From: Terriglobia bacterium
GTDB lineage: Bacteria > Acidobacteriota > Polarisedimenticolia > Polarisedimenticolales > JAIQFR01
Assembly (NCBI GenBank): GCA_963748015.1
Contig: CAVVHE010000005.1
Location: 128,001-192,000 of the forward strand
Reading direction: 5' to 3'
Length of the DNA stretch: 64,000 bases
A program made the position numbers and the translations under genes. The notes below the pieces were generated by a model, which worked only from the letters and a program-made list of their open reading frames with translations, did not search any database and was not told the origin of the DNA. This document shows positions 1 to 15,903 of this stretch, one piece after another. Positions within the stretch are counted from its first letter, which is position 1; every line of letters begins with the position of its first letter.

Positions 1-3000
1 CCGCTGCAAGGCAGTGCCAGCTCAGGACTGACCTCGGTAGCTTCCACCCGATGGAGTGTGGTTTCCGGAAGTGCAACCATCGACAATCCTGACGCCCTGG
101 TCACCACGGCGCGTGTCTCCTCATCACGCGCAACGCTTCGGCTGGAAGTGCGTCAGGCAAACGGGTGCACGGACCTCGACGAGATTGTGCTCACTGCCGT
201 GGAGCCCCCGGCGGTGGTCATCAGCGGCCCGACCTCATTGTGTCCGAATGCCACCGCGGAGTTCAGCGCACCTGTCGGCATGAAAAGCTATCAGTGGTCT
301 ATCAGCGGCAACGCTTCCATCCTGGACGCAACCAATCAGGCGGTCGTCCGCGTGCTGTCCAGCACTGTGTGCGACGAGTCTTTTGAACTGACACTCACGG
401 TGTCGAGTAACGTCTGCACCGTGACCACCCTCGCCGAAGTGCTTGTCGAAGACACCGTGCCGCCCGTCCTGACGCTCCCGGGCAACATCCTGCTCGAATG
501 CCCCGCGGACACCCGCACCAACGCCACCGGCGCAGCCACGGCAATGGATGACTGCGGGGCGGTCACCGTGTCCTACACCGATTCCCAAACCAATTTCTGC
601 GGCGGTTCACGGGCTATTTCGCGCCAGTGGATCGCGAGCGATTCCTGCGGGAACTCGACCTCCGCAACTCAGACCATCACCGTCCGCGACACCACCCCAC
701 CGACACTCTCGATCCCGCCCAACGTCACCCTCGAGTGCCCCGCCGACACCCGCACCTCCGCCACCGGCGTCGCCACCGCACAGGACAACTGCGGCACGCC
801 CACCGTCATTTCCTCCGACGCCGTGACCCCGGGTTGCGGTAGCTCCAAGATCATCACCCGCACCTGGTCCGCCACCGATGAATGCGGCAACGTCGCCCAG
901 GCCGTGCAGACCATCACCGTCCGCGATACCACCGCACCGATGCTTTGGGCACCGGCGAACATCACCCTGGAGTGTCCGTCCGATACGCGGACCAACGTCA
1001 CCGGCAGGGCGGCGGGCAGTGATGCCAGCGGGTTCAACATCAGTTACAACGATGTGGTGACCGAAGGTGCGTGCGCCGGCACGAAGAGCATCATCCGCAC
1101 CTGGACGGCCATTGATGCCTGCGGCAATGCGACAAACCGGGTTCAGTATATTGTCGTGCAGGACACCACCCGGCCGAAGATCACTTGCCCGAATCTCAAG
1201 GTTCAATGCCCGGGCGATGTGCCACTGCCGTATGCCAACCTGGCGGCGTTTCTGTCGGCGGGCGGGCAGGCGAGCGACGGTTGCAGCGCAACGTTGTCCT
1301 TCTTGCTGGTCGGCGGCGGCGGCGTGATGGGGAGCTGCCCCGGAACGGTCACCCGTGTGTATCGGGTGATCGATGGCTGCGGTAATTTCGCCGAGGGCAT
1401 TCAGACGATCACCGTGGACGACACCATTGCGCCCGTGATCACCTGTCCGGGGAGCGTGACGGTCGAATGCGGAGATTCATTGGATCCGTCAGTGCTCGGC
1501 AGCGCGACGGCCACGGACAACTGTTCCCCCAAGGTTGAGATCACCCACACCGACGCGCAGGTTCCCAGCGATTACAGCATCAAGTGGTATGCCGCCGACC
1601 CTGATGTGAAGACCGGCCCTTATCAGCCAACGTATATCAAGCTGGCTCCCATCAACCTCGAGTGTCCGGAAGGCGCGCGCCTGTCCGGCCGGGCGATTGA
1701 CCCGCTGCGCGATGCCGTGGCCTACTCAGCGCCCGGCGGCCAGTTGGATGCCCTCACCTCGCTGGGCGGAGAACCCATGGCCCTGGGCCAAATCGTCCCC
1801 TTCGAAGCCGTGATCGAGGTCAGCGGCGGTCCGGGGACAGAACGTGGCACGATCGAGTTCACTTCGTCCTGGAGCACGCACACCACGTCCAATGACCGGT
1901 TCGGGTACGACACGAACTATATGGTCTATTGCGCCTTTGTAGATTTCGCCGACCCCGGGACGCGGGATCCGAACGCCAACGCAAAGGTGGAATCGTTCCA
2001 GTCGACACTGGTCAACATGGGGACCATTGATGAGAAGATCCAGGGCACCTTCCGGATCTCCGGACTCGAGAGCGGCGACCGCGTCGTGGTGGAAATCTGG
2101 GTGGCCCTTTTGTCCGCGATGCCAGCCCATGTGGGCGGCACCATCGCTTCGGATCTGGTTTCCGCCCGGAAAGCCTCGGTTCCTCCCGAGCCGATCAGCA
2201 CCGGCTCCCAGACGGTTTCGATTGGGAACCTGTCGAAGATCCAGCCGTTGCTTCCGGCGTTGCCGCAGCCCCCCCGCCGGCATTGCCGCCCCAACCACCG
2301 GCCCTCCCCGGCGCAACCGTAAGCGTGATCGACCGCACCTGGGCGGCTATGGACAAGTGCGGCAACCGCAGCACCTGCGTCCAGCGCATTACCGTCCGGG
2401 ATACCACAGCGCCCGCGTTTCAGGAGGCACAGGTGCTGCAGGTGGTCGATGCCGGCGCTGCGGGGAATATGGAAGCGCCGGTAGCCACGGACGGTTGCGG
2501 CGGGGTGATCGTGCGAATCCACTCGGTTGAGACGAACCTGACGGCTTCCGGTTCGCAAATGATCACCTACGTCTGGGAAGCGATCGATGAAAGCGGGAAC
2601 ACGACGTTGTTCAGCCGCAACATTGAGATACTGCCGGTCATTCTGCCCGAACCGGAACTTGCGATTGGCTGGAAGGACGGGCGGCTGACCCTGAGTTGGC
2701 CAGCGCAACCGGCAGGCTGGTGGCTGGAGTCCACCACCAGCCTGTTGAAGCCGGATTGGAAGCCTGTGGGCTTTACGCCCGTGCTGACTAACAATCTTTA
2801 CGTCGTTGAACCGAACTCGTCAGGACCTTCGCAATGGTTCCGGCTGGCGACCGGCACGCCGCCTCTGGCGTTGGCCTCGGCTAAGCCGGGTATTGTGGCG
2901 CTGGCCTGGCCGTCATTAGCCACCGGTTACACCGTTGAACGATGCAGCGATCTGGCTGGCGGCATCTGGACGGCGCAACCGGCAGCCGCTGTCATCACCA

Positions 3001-3074
3001 ATGGGCACAACCGCATCGAGTTCGATGCCTCCGGAGCCAGGGGATTCTTCCGGTTGACGAAACCGGCACCCTGA
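1..3074 (+). CDS. Large Cys-rich repeat (HYR-like) surface protein, 5'-partial, frameshift near 2280
   Basis: ORF 58..2322 has about 80-aa repeats (DTTPPTL..P.NVTLECPAD..TG.ATA.D.CG..RTW.A.D.CGN). The repeat resumes in ORF 2283..3074, which ends in two short LSWP..Y.VE..W..FRL domains. Confidence 0.8.
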
Positions 3075-3354
3075 GGAAGAGGCCGCCCCGTCTCCAACGC
3101 TCGTTCCAGGCTGGAGACGGAGCTTCTTTCGAATTTCGAGCTTCCGCTCTCGGACTTGACGCGTTCCACCCAGAAAGCGGGAAACCCGACGCGTCTACTC
3201 AACCGCCTGACGCCAAACGCAGACATTCCTCCATGCAGTGGAACTCATGGAACCAGCGGGCAGACAAAATGTCCGCGCTCCGCCGAAGAGGCTGTTCCCG
3301 CGCTTTCCTGCCGAGGGTTTCCTTCTCCACGACTCCCTCGGTCCCGCCACACAC

Positions 3355-3771
3355 TCACTGGCCAGAGGGGTTGGTTTGAAGTTCTCTCGCAAACTTCCGC
3401 AACCGCCCGACACGCCAATAAACCGAGCCGAAGAAGACCGCGCCGCAGAGGTTCACCCCCAACGTGTAACCCAGTTTGTAGGTCCGGCCGCTATTGCGCT
3501 CGGCATAGATGGGGAGGTCCTGACCGGCCAGCAGCGTGGGAAATCCGCAAGGCATGAGCGCCCCATGCGCAATCCCGGTGGCAAAACCCGGCACGCGTCC
3601 CTCCCGCTGCGACACCTTCACGGAATAATGCAGCACCCGCCCAAACAGCACGGTGACCCCGATGGCCAGGACCAGACGCAGAACGATCCGCAGCCAGGAA
3701 GCCTTGCGGACCTGGGAGGCAACCGGGCTCACGGCGATTTCAGTCAATTCGTTCACACGCTGTCCCCGCAC
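3355..3771 (-). CDS. Small membrane protein
   Basis: 138-aa ORF with 2-3 hydrophobic segments, co-oriented downstream of the GT2 gene. Confidence 0.6.
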   Translation of the reverse strand: MRGQRVNELTEIAVSPVASQVRKASWLRIVLRLVLAIGVTVLFGRVLHYSVKVSQREGRVPGFATGIAHGALMPCGFPTLLAGQDLPIYAERNSGRTYKLGYTLGVNLCGAVFFGSVYWRVGRLRKFARELQTNPSGQ

Positions 3772-3795
3772 CTTGCCGGCACGTCGGGCATGGGG

Positions 3796-4495
3796 TCAAG
3801 CACCGCGTCCGCCCCGTTGAAATCGGCGCGACGCATCGCGCCACCATCGAAACCAACGCACGGTATCTCGCCAGGGGCGGATCTTGCTGCGCTCCGATGC
3901 GTAGATCACGGCCACCGGCACGAACTCCACGCGCGCGCCTTGGAGGAGACAGTCGAGGTAGAATCTCGGACTCGATTTCAAAGTGTGCCGCCCCCGTCGG
4001 TTGCGGCGTCCAATGGGCAAGGTTCAGCAATCGGAACCCGTTCTGGGTATCAGGCAGGACCTGCCCGGTCAGGCGGGACAACCTCCGGCTCATCCAACGA
4101 TTCACAACACGTCGAATCCATGGCATCCCCCCGGGTTGTGCCATCCGGTTGCCGACCACGAGTGCCGCGCCCGTTCGCTCGGCGCAGGCCAGGAAAGCCG
4201 GTATGTCGGCTGCCGCGTGCTGGCCATCCCCATCCAGGCACAACACCCATTCAAACCCCTCGTCCCGGGCAGCCACAAACCCTGCACAAAGAGCAGCGCC
4301 TTTGCCTTGCGGGGCGGCATGCCGCATCACGTCCGCGCCCGCTGCCCGCGCACGCGAACCGGTGTCATCCACCGACCCGTCGTCCACCACAATGACCGTC
4401 GGAAGATGAGTCCGGACCTCGCGCACCACGCGTCCGATGGTGCTCCCTTCATTGAGACAGGGAATCACCGCGGCACAACACTCGGACCAGTTCAC
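3796..4495 (-). CDS. Glycosyltransferase family 2 (DPM1-like), frameshift near 3960
   Basis: VIPCLNE, VVDDGS.D, GKGAAL, LDGDGQH, DTQNGFR, FEIESE motifs; C-terminus (VEFVPVAVIY..SKIRPWRD) lies in ORF 3796..4020. Start codon uncertain. Confidence 0.85.
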
Positions 4496-4617
4496 CCGGC
4501 AGGATAGGCTTGAATGGGGGTGGATTTCAACCAGTGCGCATGAGTGCGCATGAGTGCCAGATGCCACTCATCGGCTTTTGGTTTGAAGTCCGCCGCGGGT
4601 CGCGGTTAAATCCGCGC

Positions 4618-5664
4618 GTGCCGGATCGATTGTTCATTCCCACCGCGCCCCTGCTGGAGGCGACGGGTAACGCTCAGCAAGACCTACACGCCCGGGCAGC
4701 GGCGACCGCCCAAGCCCGCTTTGGTCGGCGTGTCTTCGTGCGTGCGGTTGTGGAGGCGTCCAACTACTGCCGTCAGAACTGCGATTATTGCGGGATGCGT
4801 CGCGACCACCGCAGCCTGTCGCGGTTTCGGGCCAAAGTCGACCAACTGGCCGACCTCCTGATCCACCAGCGCCCCGACAGCGTGACGGATGTCAACATCC
4901 AGACCGGCGAGGATCCGCTAGCAGCGAGAGAGGTGGTGTTGCCGCTGGTGCAAGTGTTGCGCCGGGAAACCCCGCTGGGCATCAGCGTCTGTCTGGGCAG
5001 CCTGGGGCCGGCCCTCTATGCACAACTGCAGGAAGCGGGTGCGACCACTTATATCCTGAAGTTCGAGATGGCCGGACCAGGCCGCTATGAACGTTTCCAC
5101 GCGCCCGGCACTCTGGCCAGCCGCATCCGCCACATCCGGCTGCTGGCGGACGCGGGATGGAACGTCAGTTCCGGTTTCATCGCCGGCCTCCCCGGCCAGA
5201 CAACCGCCGACCTGCTCACCAACCTGGCCCTGGCCAAAACCCTGCCGCTGGTCGGGTGCAGCGTGAGTCCATTCATTCCCGGCGACGAAACGCCGCTCAA
5301 AGAGGCCCCCGGCGCGGATATCAATCAAACCCTCAACTGCATGGCCGCCATGCGCCTCATGCGACCGGACTGGGTGATTCCCTCGGTCAGCGCCCTGAAT
5401 CTCGCGCAACCGGTCGAAGGGTATCGTCGGGGACTGCGAACCGGAGCCAACCTGGTCACCATCAACCTGACGCCCTCCGAAATCCGGGGGAACTATCTTC
5501 TCTACAAGCGGGATCGCTTCATCATGACCGAGGAACGCATCCTGAATGCGATTGAGACAGAAGGCCTCACCCCCTCCAGGCAGAGCCTCGCCGATCACCT
5601 CCAATCCCAACGGGAAGCGTCCCCAACCTCCGGTGTCCCGGAACCGGTCGCGGCTCCCGCGTAG
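4618..5664 (+). CDS. Radical SAM protein, BioB/HydE/PylB-like
   Basis: SNYCRQNCDYCG (CxxxCxxC), IQTGED, SGFIAGLPGQT, PFIP..TPL, GANLVTINLTP. Start uncertain (4561 or 4618). Confidence 0.8.
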   Translation: MPDRLFIPTAPLLEATGNAQQDLHARAAATAQARFGRRVFVRAVVEASNYCRQNCDYCGMRRDHRSLSRFRAKVDQLADLLIHQRPDSVTDVNIQTGEDPLAAREVVLPLVQVLRRETPLGISVCLGSLGPALYAQLQEAGATTYILKFEMAGPGRYERFHAPGTLASRIRHIRLLADAGWNVSSGFIAGLPGQTTADLLTNLALAKTLPLVGCSVSPFIPGDETPLKEAPGADINQTLNCMAAMRLMRPDWVIPSVSALNLAQPVEGYRRGLRTGANLVTINLTPSEIRGNYLLYKRDRFIMTEERILNAIETEGLTPSRQSLADHLQSQREASPTSGVPEPVAAPA

Positions 5665-6093
5665 ACGGATTCCTCAAAGTCACTTTCGTGCAGGCAGGAC
5701 ATTGCCGTGCCCAGCCTGGGTGTTGACACAGCGACGCCCTGCAGAATCTGAAACCGTTCAGGAAAAGGAAGACAGACGCCTCGTCGCGCCAAGGGTAGCG
5801 GAGCGCCGGCGTTCGGTGCCATGGGGGGCGTGTCTGCAGCGAATCTTCAGGGGGTGCAAAAGTGAACTCTTGTTGGCCCGCGTTCGCGAGTCGCCGAGGG
5901 CGCAGGCAAGCCTTTCGTATCTTCAGCTTGCGAGTTGTCCGGCACCACAACCCGTTTGGCCCCATGGCGCTGGAGGCCACAAAGAATAGTGGTTTTTGCG
6001 GGAGAATCCCGATTGTGCCGGGAGCCTGGTTTCCGTATCTTTGGGGCAGCTTTTGGAGGCCGTGAAACCGGCCTCTGATTTTCGCATCAAATT

Positions 6094-11308
<5,215 letters not shown>

Positions 11309-11311
11309 GGT

Positions 11312-11352
11312 CAGAAGGCAGAGTGCGCAAGGCAGAAGTCTGAATGCGAAGG
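11312..11352 (+). repeat. Degenerate heptanucleotide tandem repeat
   Basis: cagaagg cagagtg cgcaagg cagaagt ctgaatg cgaagg directly after the gyrA stop. Confidence 0.6.
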
Positions 11353-11386
11353 TCGACGTCCCAAGAAGGTTAGTGTGTTCCACCTT

Positions 11387-11427
11387 TGGAGTGCGCCGGC
11401 ACAACACAGCGCCGACGCCGCTTTCGA
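11387..11427 (+). repeat. REP-like element, copy 1 (copy 2 at 37344..37385)
   Basis: tggagtgcgccggca...gccgacgccgctttcga versus tggactgcgccggca...ggcgacggcgctttcga; both lie just downstream of genes. Confidence 0.7.
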
Positions 11428-11510
11428 GGTGTTGAGGGGCCGCTCGAAACCCATGTGTCGAACGCTGCCGCGTCCTCTGCTCCGCCGTCCGCCGAGCCTG
11501 GCCCCTGGGC

Positions 11511-12062
11511 TCACAGCGTGGGCTCGGTGCGAATGATCTGATCCAAGGTGCCGGTGAACTTGTTCGCGCGCGAGGTGCACCATTCCACGAGGTCAGGAAT
11601 CCCGTGGGACGGACGATCCGGCAGGTGCTTCAAGTAATCCATCCCCGCTCGCAGGGCCACGCGGTGCAGGTGCATGTCGCGTGAAGATGGGCCGCTTGCC
11701 CTCGCCTCGAACTCTGGTGAGAACAAGCCTACCAAGGCACCTTCGTGTTGCTGCCGCAGGTCCACCAACCGCTCGGTCCATTCGACAAACGCCGGGTCAA
11801 ATTCGCCCTCCGCGGCCGCCGCCACGACAACAACATCCGCGGCGGCTGCCTTCGCGGCAGCCTCCTTGGAGATTTGTTGCTCCCTGAGTTCGTCAAATGG
11901 CCATTGGAGAAACTCGATGTCCAGTTCAGCCCACAGCTTCGCCATCAGGTGATTGCACAACGCACGGGCATGCGCGAGGGCCTCGTCAGATTCATGCAGG
12001 ATGACCATGGTGCAACGATCAACTTGCGATCCTGTGTTGTTTGAACATTCATCCACTATCAT
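11511..12062 (-). CDS. Hypothetical protein
   Basis: 183-aa ORF with plausible alpha/beta globular composition. Confidence 0.6.
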   Translation of the reverse strand: MIVDECSNNTGSQVDRCTMVILHESDEALAHARALCNHLMAKLWAELDIEFLQWPFDELREQQISKEAAAKAAAADVVVVAAAAEGEFDPAFVEWTERLVDLRQQHEGALVGLFSPEFEARASGPSSRDMHLHRVALRAGMDYLKHLPDRPSHGIPDLVEWCTSRANKFTGTLDQIIRTEPTL

Positions 12063-12197
12063 GTCTAAGCTCCGGTTAGGTCCCGATCAGACGTTCTGAC
12101 CGGTGATCACCGCACGTTCGCACTTGAAATGGAAAAATCAAACGGAGCAATCGCGGGTGCGGTGATTCGATCGATTCTCCAAAGAAATCCCCGCACA

Positions 12198-12248
12198 GGC
12201 AGGGCCGTGCTGGGCTCGGCTTGGGCGCCGACGCAGCGTCGCCCTACC
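12198..12248. repeat. GTAG-type REP-like palindrome
   Basis: ggcagggccg...gacgcagcgtcgccctacc; related to 14896..14946. Confidence 0.6.
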
Positions 12249-12397
12249 ATTACGAAAGTCACTTTCGGGAATGGGCTTAGGCATCCCCAGCCATTCCTGC
12301 AGTGTGCGGCCAGCCAGGGTGCTGACATGGAACGCCGGGCCTCTCCGGCTGAAGGCTGCGCATGGTCGGATTCTGATGAATGGATGCGCAGTCCGGG

Positions 12398-13102
12398 TTA
12401 CGGACTGAGCCGATGCAGGGTCCAGGAGTGGTCTGAACTGCGTCTGAACTCGAACCGGTCATGAAGCCGGCTTGCGCGCCCCTGCCAGAATTCAATCCTA
12501 TTGGGCGACAACAGGTAACCGCCCCAGAAAGGCGGCAGGGGGACGGGCTTGCCCGCATATTCGGCCTCAAGTCGTTGGAGAGCTGCCTCCAGTTGCTGGC
12601 GATTGCCCACTTCCGAGCTTTGGGCGGAGGCCCAGGCGCCGATCTGACTGCCGCGTGGCCTGGAATGGAAGTAGGCCTCCGATTCCTGACGTGGCAGACG
12701 AGTCACGCTGCCAGCGACGCAGACTTGGCGTTCCAGTTCGGGCCAATAGAAGACCAAGGCCGCGCTTGGGTTTTGCTCCAGCGCGCGTCCCTTGCGGCTT
12801 TGGTAGTTCGTGAAGAAGGTGAAGCCGCGTTCACTCACCCCTTTCAGCAGGACGGTGCGGGCGGAAGGACTCCCGTCCGGATCGGCGGTGGCCAACACCA
12901 TGGCGTTCGGCTCCAGTGGCTCGGCGCCCAGCAGTTGAGCGAAGGCCTTGTAAAGGCCAATGGCAAACCGGCGGAAGCGGCCTCCGTGGCGATGGCTTGC
13001 CTGATCATACCAGTGCTGGAACTGGGTGATGGGATCGGCATCCATGGCCCCCCGATCGAGGGTGCCGGCCTGATACTCGCGTCGTTCGTCCGCCAGTGAC
13101 AT
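12398..13102 (-). CDS. pdxH: Pyridoxine/pyridoxamine 5'-phosphate oxidase
   Basis: RREY, EPNAMVLAT, PSARTVLLK, FFTNYQSRKG, RPRGSQIGAWAS.QS, EFWQGR..RLHDR, RLSP-stop. Confidence 0.95.
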   Translation of the reverse strand: MSLADERREYQAGTLDRGAMDADPITQFQHWYDQASHRHGGRFRRFAIGLYKAFAQLLGAEPLEPNAMVLATADPDGSPSARTVLLKGVSERGFTFFTNYQSRKGRALEQNPSAALVFYWPELERQVCVAGSVTRLPRQESEAYFHSRPRGSQIGAWASAQSSEVGNRQQLEAALQRLEAEYAGKPVPLPPFWGGYLLSPNRIEFWQGRASRLHDRFEFRRSSDHSWTLHRLSP

Positions 13103-13113
13103 TGCTGAACTGG

Positions 13114-15171
13114 TTATAGCGTGAATTGCTTCTGCTGTCCAAGCTCCAGAAGACCCAACCGATAATCGTTGATTCGCCACTCCAGAAAGGCGGCGCATTT
13201 CGAGGGGGAACCCTTGTTTCGACGGGGCCAATAGACGCTGAAATCGTGTTGGAGGCGAAGGAGTTCACGAACTCCGGCGGCCGCCAATGTGCGCGCCTCC
13301 GCCAAACGGTTCCCAATCAGAGCCTGCTGCCACAGGAGGTAACGACACGATTCCCCGGCCATTCGTGCCGCCAGATCCAGTTCGCAGACCAGGATCCGGG
13401 CCGACATGCCGTGAGACACCGATTTCTTTAGCTGCGCCCGCGCCCGGACAACTGCCTTTTGGGCTGACCGAATACGCTGGGGCTGCAGTCGCGTATGATA
13501 CATGAGGCCGTTTCTGCAAAACAGTTCGCGTTGCTGTCGGGGAGGTGCGGCCAGTGTTGCGCCAAAGGGTGTGGCGTTCGGTTCAGTGTAACCGAAGTGA
13601 CGGTGAGCCCGCCCGAGGTTGAGAAGCGCCTTTGCAGCTTGGTTGGATGGATCGCGGAACACTTCACGCCCAAGCGTCGGCGCAAGCTGTTGCACATCAA
13701 AGGTCCGGCGGCACCAAGCCAGTCCGGCTCCCGCCAGGTAGGCTGGATAACTGACAGCCAGCGGCTGGGGATGGCCGCCGTCGCCCCAATCGGTGATCAG
13801 GTAACCCATTGCTCCGTAGCGATGACCAGCTTGGGCAGCCGCCGTCAGATTGGCCAGCGCGTTGTCGTTCCGTCCAATCAGGGTCTGCCAGGTGGATGTG
13901 CCGGGACAGACGCAGAAGGGGATCCCAGCCCGGGCGAATAATCGGGCTTCCGAGTCAAAGGGATGGTCCGCCTCATAGCCCCAGTTCAGCGCGATGAGAT
14001 CCTTCGGCAGGCGGTGGATCAACCTTGGATATTTCAGGATGATGTCACCCCAGAACATCATTCGCCTCCCGCGCCGCTGAACCTCACGATGGACTTTCAA
14101 CAGAAAGTCCAGATACACGCGGCCCTGACCGCGGCGACGGCACAGCGAACGGGATTGCCCCCGGCCCAGATCCCACGTTTCGTCGCAACCCACATTGAAG
14201 AATCGGCTGCTGAAGTGAGGCAACAGCTCATCGTAGAGCCCCCGCAGGAACGGCAGAGTGCCCGGATGGTTTGGGGCGAGTGTGGAAGGGCGACGAACGA
14301 AGCTTCCGTCCGGGCTTGGGTAAGGTTCCCGGACCTCTGCCATGTGCCGCAGGCTTTTGTGTTCCAGGAAGTAGCGAAGGTGTCCAAACGAATTCTGGTT
14401 GGGCACCAAATCAATGCCCAACGCTCGACAGTGGGCATCCAGCTTTCGCAGTTCGGTTCCTGTGAGCGCCCCCCAATCCCGCCACACTTCGCGATAGTGG
14501 CGATACGCAAACGTGTGTTCAACGTAGAGTTGAAGTTCGTTGATCTTGAATCCGGCCAGATCCGTGGCGAGTTGCTTAAGGGTGTCAAGGGACGGCACGC
14601 GTCCCCGCGATACGTCCAACATCACGCCGCGACGTGCAAAGTCCGGCCAGTCGCGGATGCTCAGGCGCGGCAGGCGACGACCGTATTGCCGTAGCAATTG
14701 GCAGAGGGTGGCCACGCCCGCTCGCAGGCCCGGCAGCGCTCTGTAATCTATGCGAATGCCCCCCGGCTGAATCGTCAACCGGTAGGCTTCCAGCGATGCT
14801 GTTGCCGCCCAGGCAGCTTGGCGGTCTTCTCGACGAAAGGAGACAAGTGTCAGTAAGGATGGGCTCTTGCCGGTTGAATTACCCATGACCCCACGGGTAG
14901 GGCCGCGCTCTGCGCAGCCTGGGCGCCGGAGCGTCGGCGCCCCACCACGTTCATGGCCCCAACGTGCGATCTCGACGTTGTGAGGGGAGGCAACGAATCG
15001 CACCGTCGATAGCGCGCTGTTCAGATGCCGTATGAGCTGCTTCCAGTCCGCGGAAGGCAGGCTGGGGTCAGATTCTAAGGCAACTCGATCCGGAAGCTGA
15101 CAGACCCCGCCACTAAGTCTGAGATGGCGGGGGTAGGGGAGGAGTTGCGGTGTTGGCATGCCTCGTGGCAC
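13114..15171 (-). CDS. Glycoside hydrolase family 20 (beta-N-acetylhexosaminidase-like)
   Basis: EAYRL.I, IRDWPDFARRGVMLDVSR, NSFGH, catalytic GCDE, MFWGD, ITDWGD.GH. Confidence 0.9.
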   Translation of the reverse strand: MPRGMPTPQLLPYPRHLRLSGGVCQLPDRVALESDPSLPSADWKQLIRHLNSALSTVRFVASPHNVEIARWGHERGGAPTLRRPGCAERGPTRGVMGNSTGKSPSLLTLVSFRREDRQAAWAATASLEAYRLTIQPGGIRIDYRALPGLRAGVATLCQLLRQYGRRLPRLSIRDWPDFARRGVMLDVSRGRVPSLDTLKQLATDLAGFKINELQLYVEHTFAYRHYREVWRDWGALTGTELRKLDAHCRALGIDLVPNQNSFGHLRYFLEHKSLRHMAEVREPYPSPDGSFVRRPSTLAPNHPGTLPFLRGLYDELLPHFSSRFFNVGCDETWDLGRGQSRSLCRRRGQGRVYLDFLLKVHREVQRRGRRMMFWGDIILKYPRLIHRLPKDLIALNWGYEADHPFDSEARLFARAGIPFCVCPGTSTWQTLIGRNDNALANLTAAAQAGHRYGAMGYLITDWGDGGHPQPLAVSYPAYLAGAGLAWCRRTFDVQQLAPTLGREVFRDPSNQAAKALLNLGRAHRHFGYTEPNATPFGATLAAPPRQQRELFCRNGLMYHTRLQPQRIRSAQKAVVRARAQLKKSVSHGMSARILVCELDLAARMAGESCRYLLWQQALIGNRLAEARTLAAAGVRELLRLQHDFSVYWPRRNKGSPSKCAAFLEWRINDYRLGLLELGQQKQFTL

Positions 15172-15197
15172 CGGCGGCCTGCCCTCGGCCTACTCGT

Positions 15198-15746
15198 TCA
15201 GGCCGAGATCATGCCCGACTTGCGGGCGTAGTTGAACAACCCACCGGCGTCCACCACCGGACGCACATCGCCCAAGGGTTTGAAGGTGTAGGCATTGCCT
15301 GTTTGCTTCACCGTCACCGTGCAGGCATCCAAGTCCACCGTCACCACATCCCCGGTCTTCAACACGTCGCAAAGCCGGTCCGTGCATTCACAGGGATACA
15401 GTTCCCCGGTCGAGACACAGTTGCGGAAGAAAATGCGGGCGAAACTCTCCGCCAACACCACCCGGCATCGGGCCGATCCCAGGGCGATCGGCGCGTGCTC
15501 CCGCGAGCTGCCGCAACCGAAATTCCGGCCGGCGACCACGATGGGATACTCGCTGTCCAACTGGCCCTCCCGCACGTAGCGCATGGGGTAACTTGAGTCG
15601 GGCAAGCCCCACAGGGCATAGCTGCCGAGCTTCTCGTACTCCTCGGGAATCGTGGGCACGAGGTTGAGGAACTGTGCCGGGATGATTTGGTCCGTGTCGA
15701 TGTTGTCTTTGACCACGTAGACGGGACCTGTAAAAACCGATTGCAT
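15198..15746 (-). CDS. leuD: 3-isopropylmalate dehydratase small subunit
   Basis: DNIDTDQIIPA, GRNFGCGSSREHA, SFARIFFRN, AGGL. Confidence 0.9.
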   Translation of the reverse strand: MQSVFTGPVYVVKDNIDTDQIIPAQFLNLVPTIPEEYEKLGSYALWGLPDSSYPMRYVREGQLDSEYPIVVAGRNFGCGSSREHAPIALGSARCRVVLAESFARIFFRNCVSTGELYPCECTDRLCDVLKTGDVVTVDLDACTVTVKQTGNAYTFKPLGDVRPVVDAGGLFNYARKSGMISA

Positions 15747-15903
15747 GCCAGCATACTGGCCTTGGCTACGCCCTGAATCAACGCCAATTCGTTCAGCGCG
15801 CGGACGCCGTATCCGGGCTTTTGAGGGCTTTTGAGGGTTGCGCGAGGGAAGGTCCCCGACTATTGTTTGCCCCCTGAATCAACCTGGAGCGACGCAACAC
15901 ATT

